Part shown: positions 34,449 to 34,590 of the stretch, one piece after another
Layout of the letters: every line of letters starts with the position of its first letter
Position numbering within the stretch: the first letter of the stretch is position 1
Source: a bacterium
GTDB lineage: Bacteria; SZUA-182; DTGQ01; JAFGSM01
Direction: 5' to 3'
DNA length: 34,590 nucleotides
NCBI GenBank assembly: GCA_049472355.1
Contig: JBLIRP010000037.1
Span: 1-34,590 of the forward strand
The notes under the pieces: generated by a model
Database searches by the model: none
Told to the model about the DNA's origin: nothing
Seen by the model: only the letters and a program-made list of their open reading frames with translations
Position numbers and translations under genes: made by a program

Positions 34449-34590
34449 CTACTCGATATCTACTTTATAATAGGACATGTCGCTCCAGCCGTTCCAGGGT
34501 ACCGTGAAATGCTTGACCCTTGGCTGTACCACGTAGGTATGGTCCAGGCTGAACAGGGGGACCCACGCCGCATCCTCGTGAACGATCACC
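34449..34590 (-). CDS. Peptide ABC transporter substrate-binding protein (family 5), C-terminal fragment
   Basis: Reads VIVHEDAAWVPLFSLDHTYVVQPRVKHFTVPWNGWSDMSYYKVDIE-stop, a typical OppA/DppA C-terminus directly upstream of the permease. Confidence 0.85.
   Translation of the reverse strand, partial: VIVHEDAAWVPLFSLDHTYVVQPRVKHFTVPWNGWSDMSYYKVDIE

Noticed and set aside
29465..34507. Long plus-strand ORFs 29465-30577, 30784-31566 and 32575-33705
   Set aside because: Antisense to ldcA and the opp genes; typical high-GC shadow frames.

Overview
Bacterial DNA, most likely from a Desulfobacterota/deltaproteobacterium (inferred from gene content). About 27 kb (360-27540) is one minus-strand multiheme-cytochrome island resembling an OmcS-type cytochrome-nanowire locus with its assembly and export genes. 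In transcription order it holds three full-length, divergent OmcS-like cytochromes and an internally deleted fourth copy, two NHL propellers, and a 1747-aa protein fusing an OmcS-like module and further hemes to FN3 and invasin-type Ig domains. These are followed by an outer-membrane beta-barrel, three CsgG/PelC-like proteins, a PpiC/SurA-type chaperone lipoprotein, 26- and 16-heme cytochromes, a YVTN propeller, paralogous 8- and 13-heme cytochromes, and a PAS histidine kinase with a sigma-54 response regulator. About 99 heme-binding motifs are encoded. A sigma-54-type promoter lies upstream of the island and a perfect sigma-70 promoter lies inside it. The left edge holds the C-terminus of a further convergent multiheme cytochrome. 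The right end holds a divergent small beta-barrel gene and an Opp/Dpp ABC transporter plus LD-carboxypeptidase operon. Two MITE-like repeats are present. All homology calls are by eye from motifs; no searches were run.
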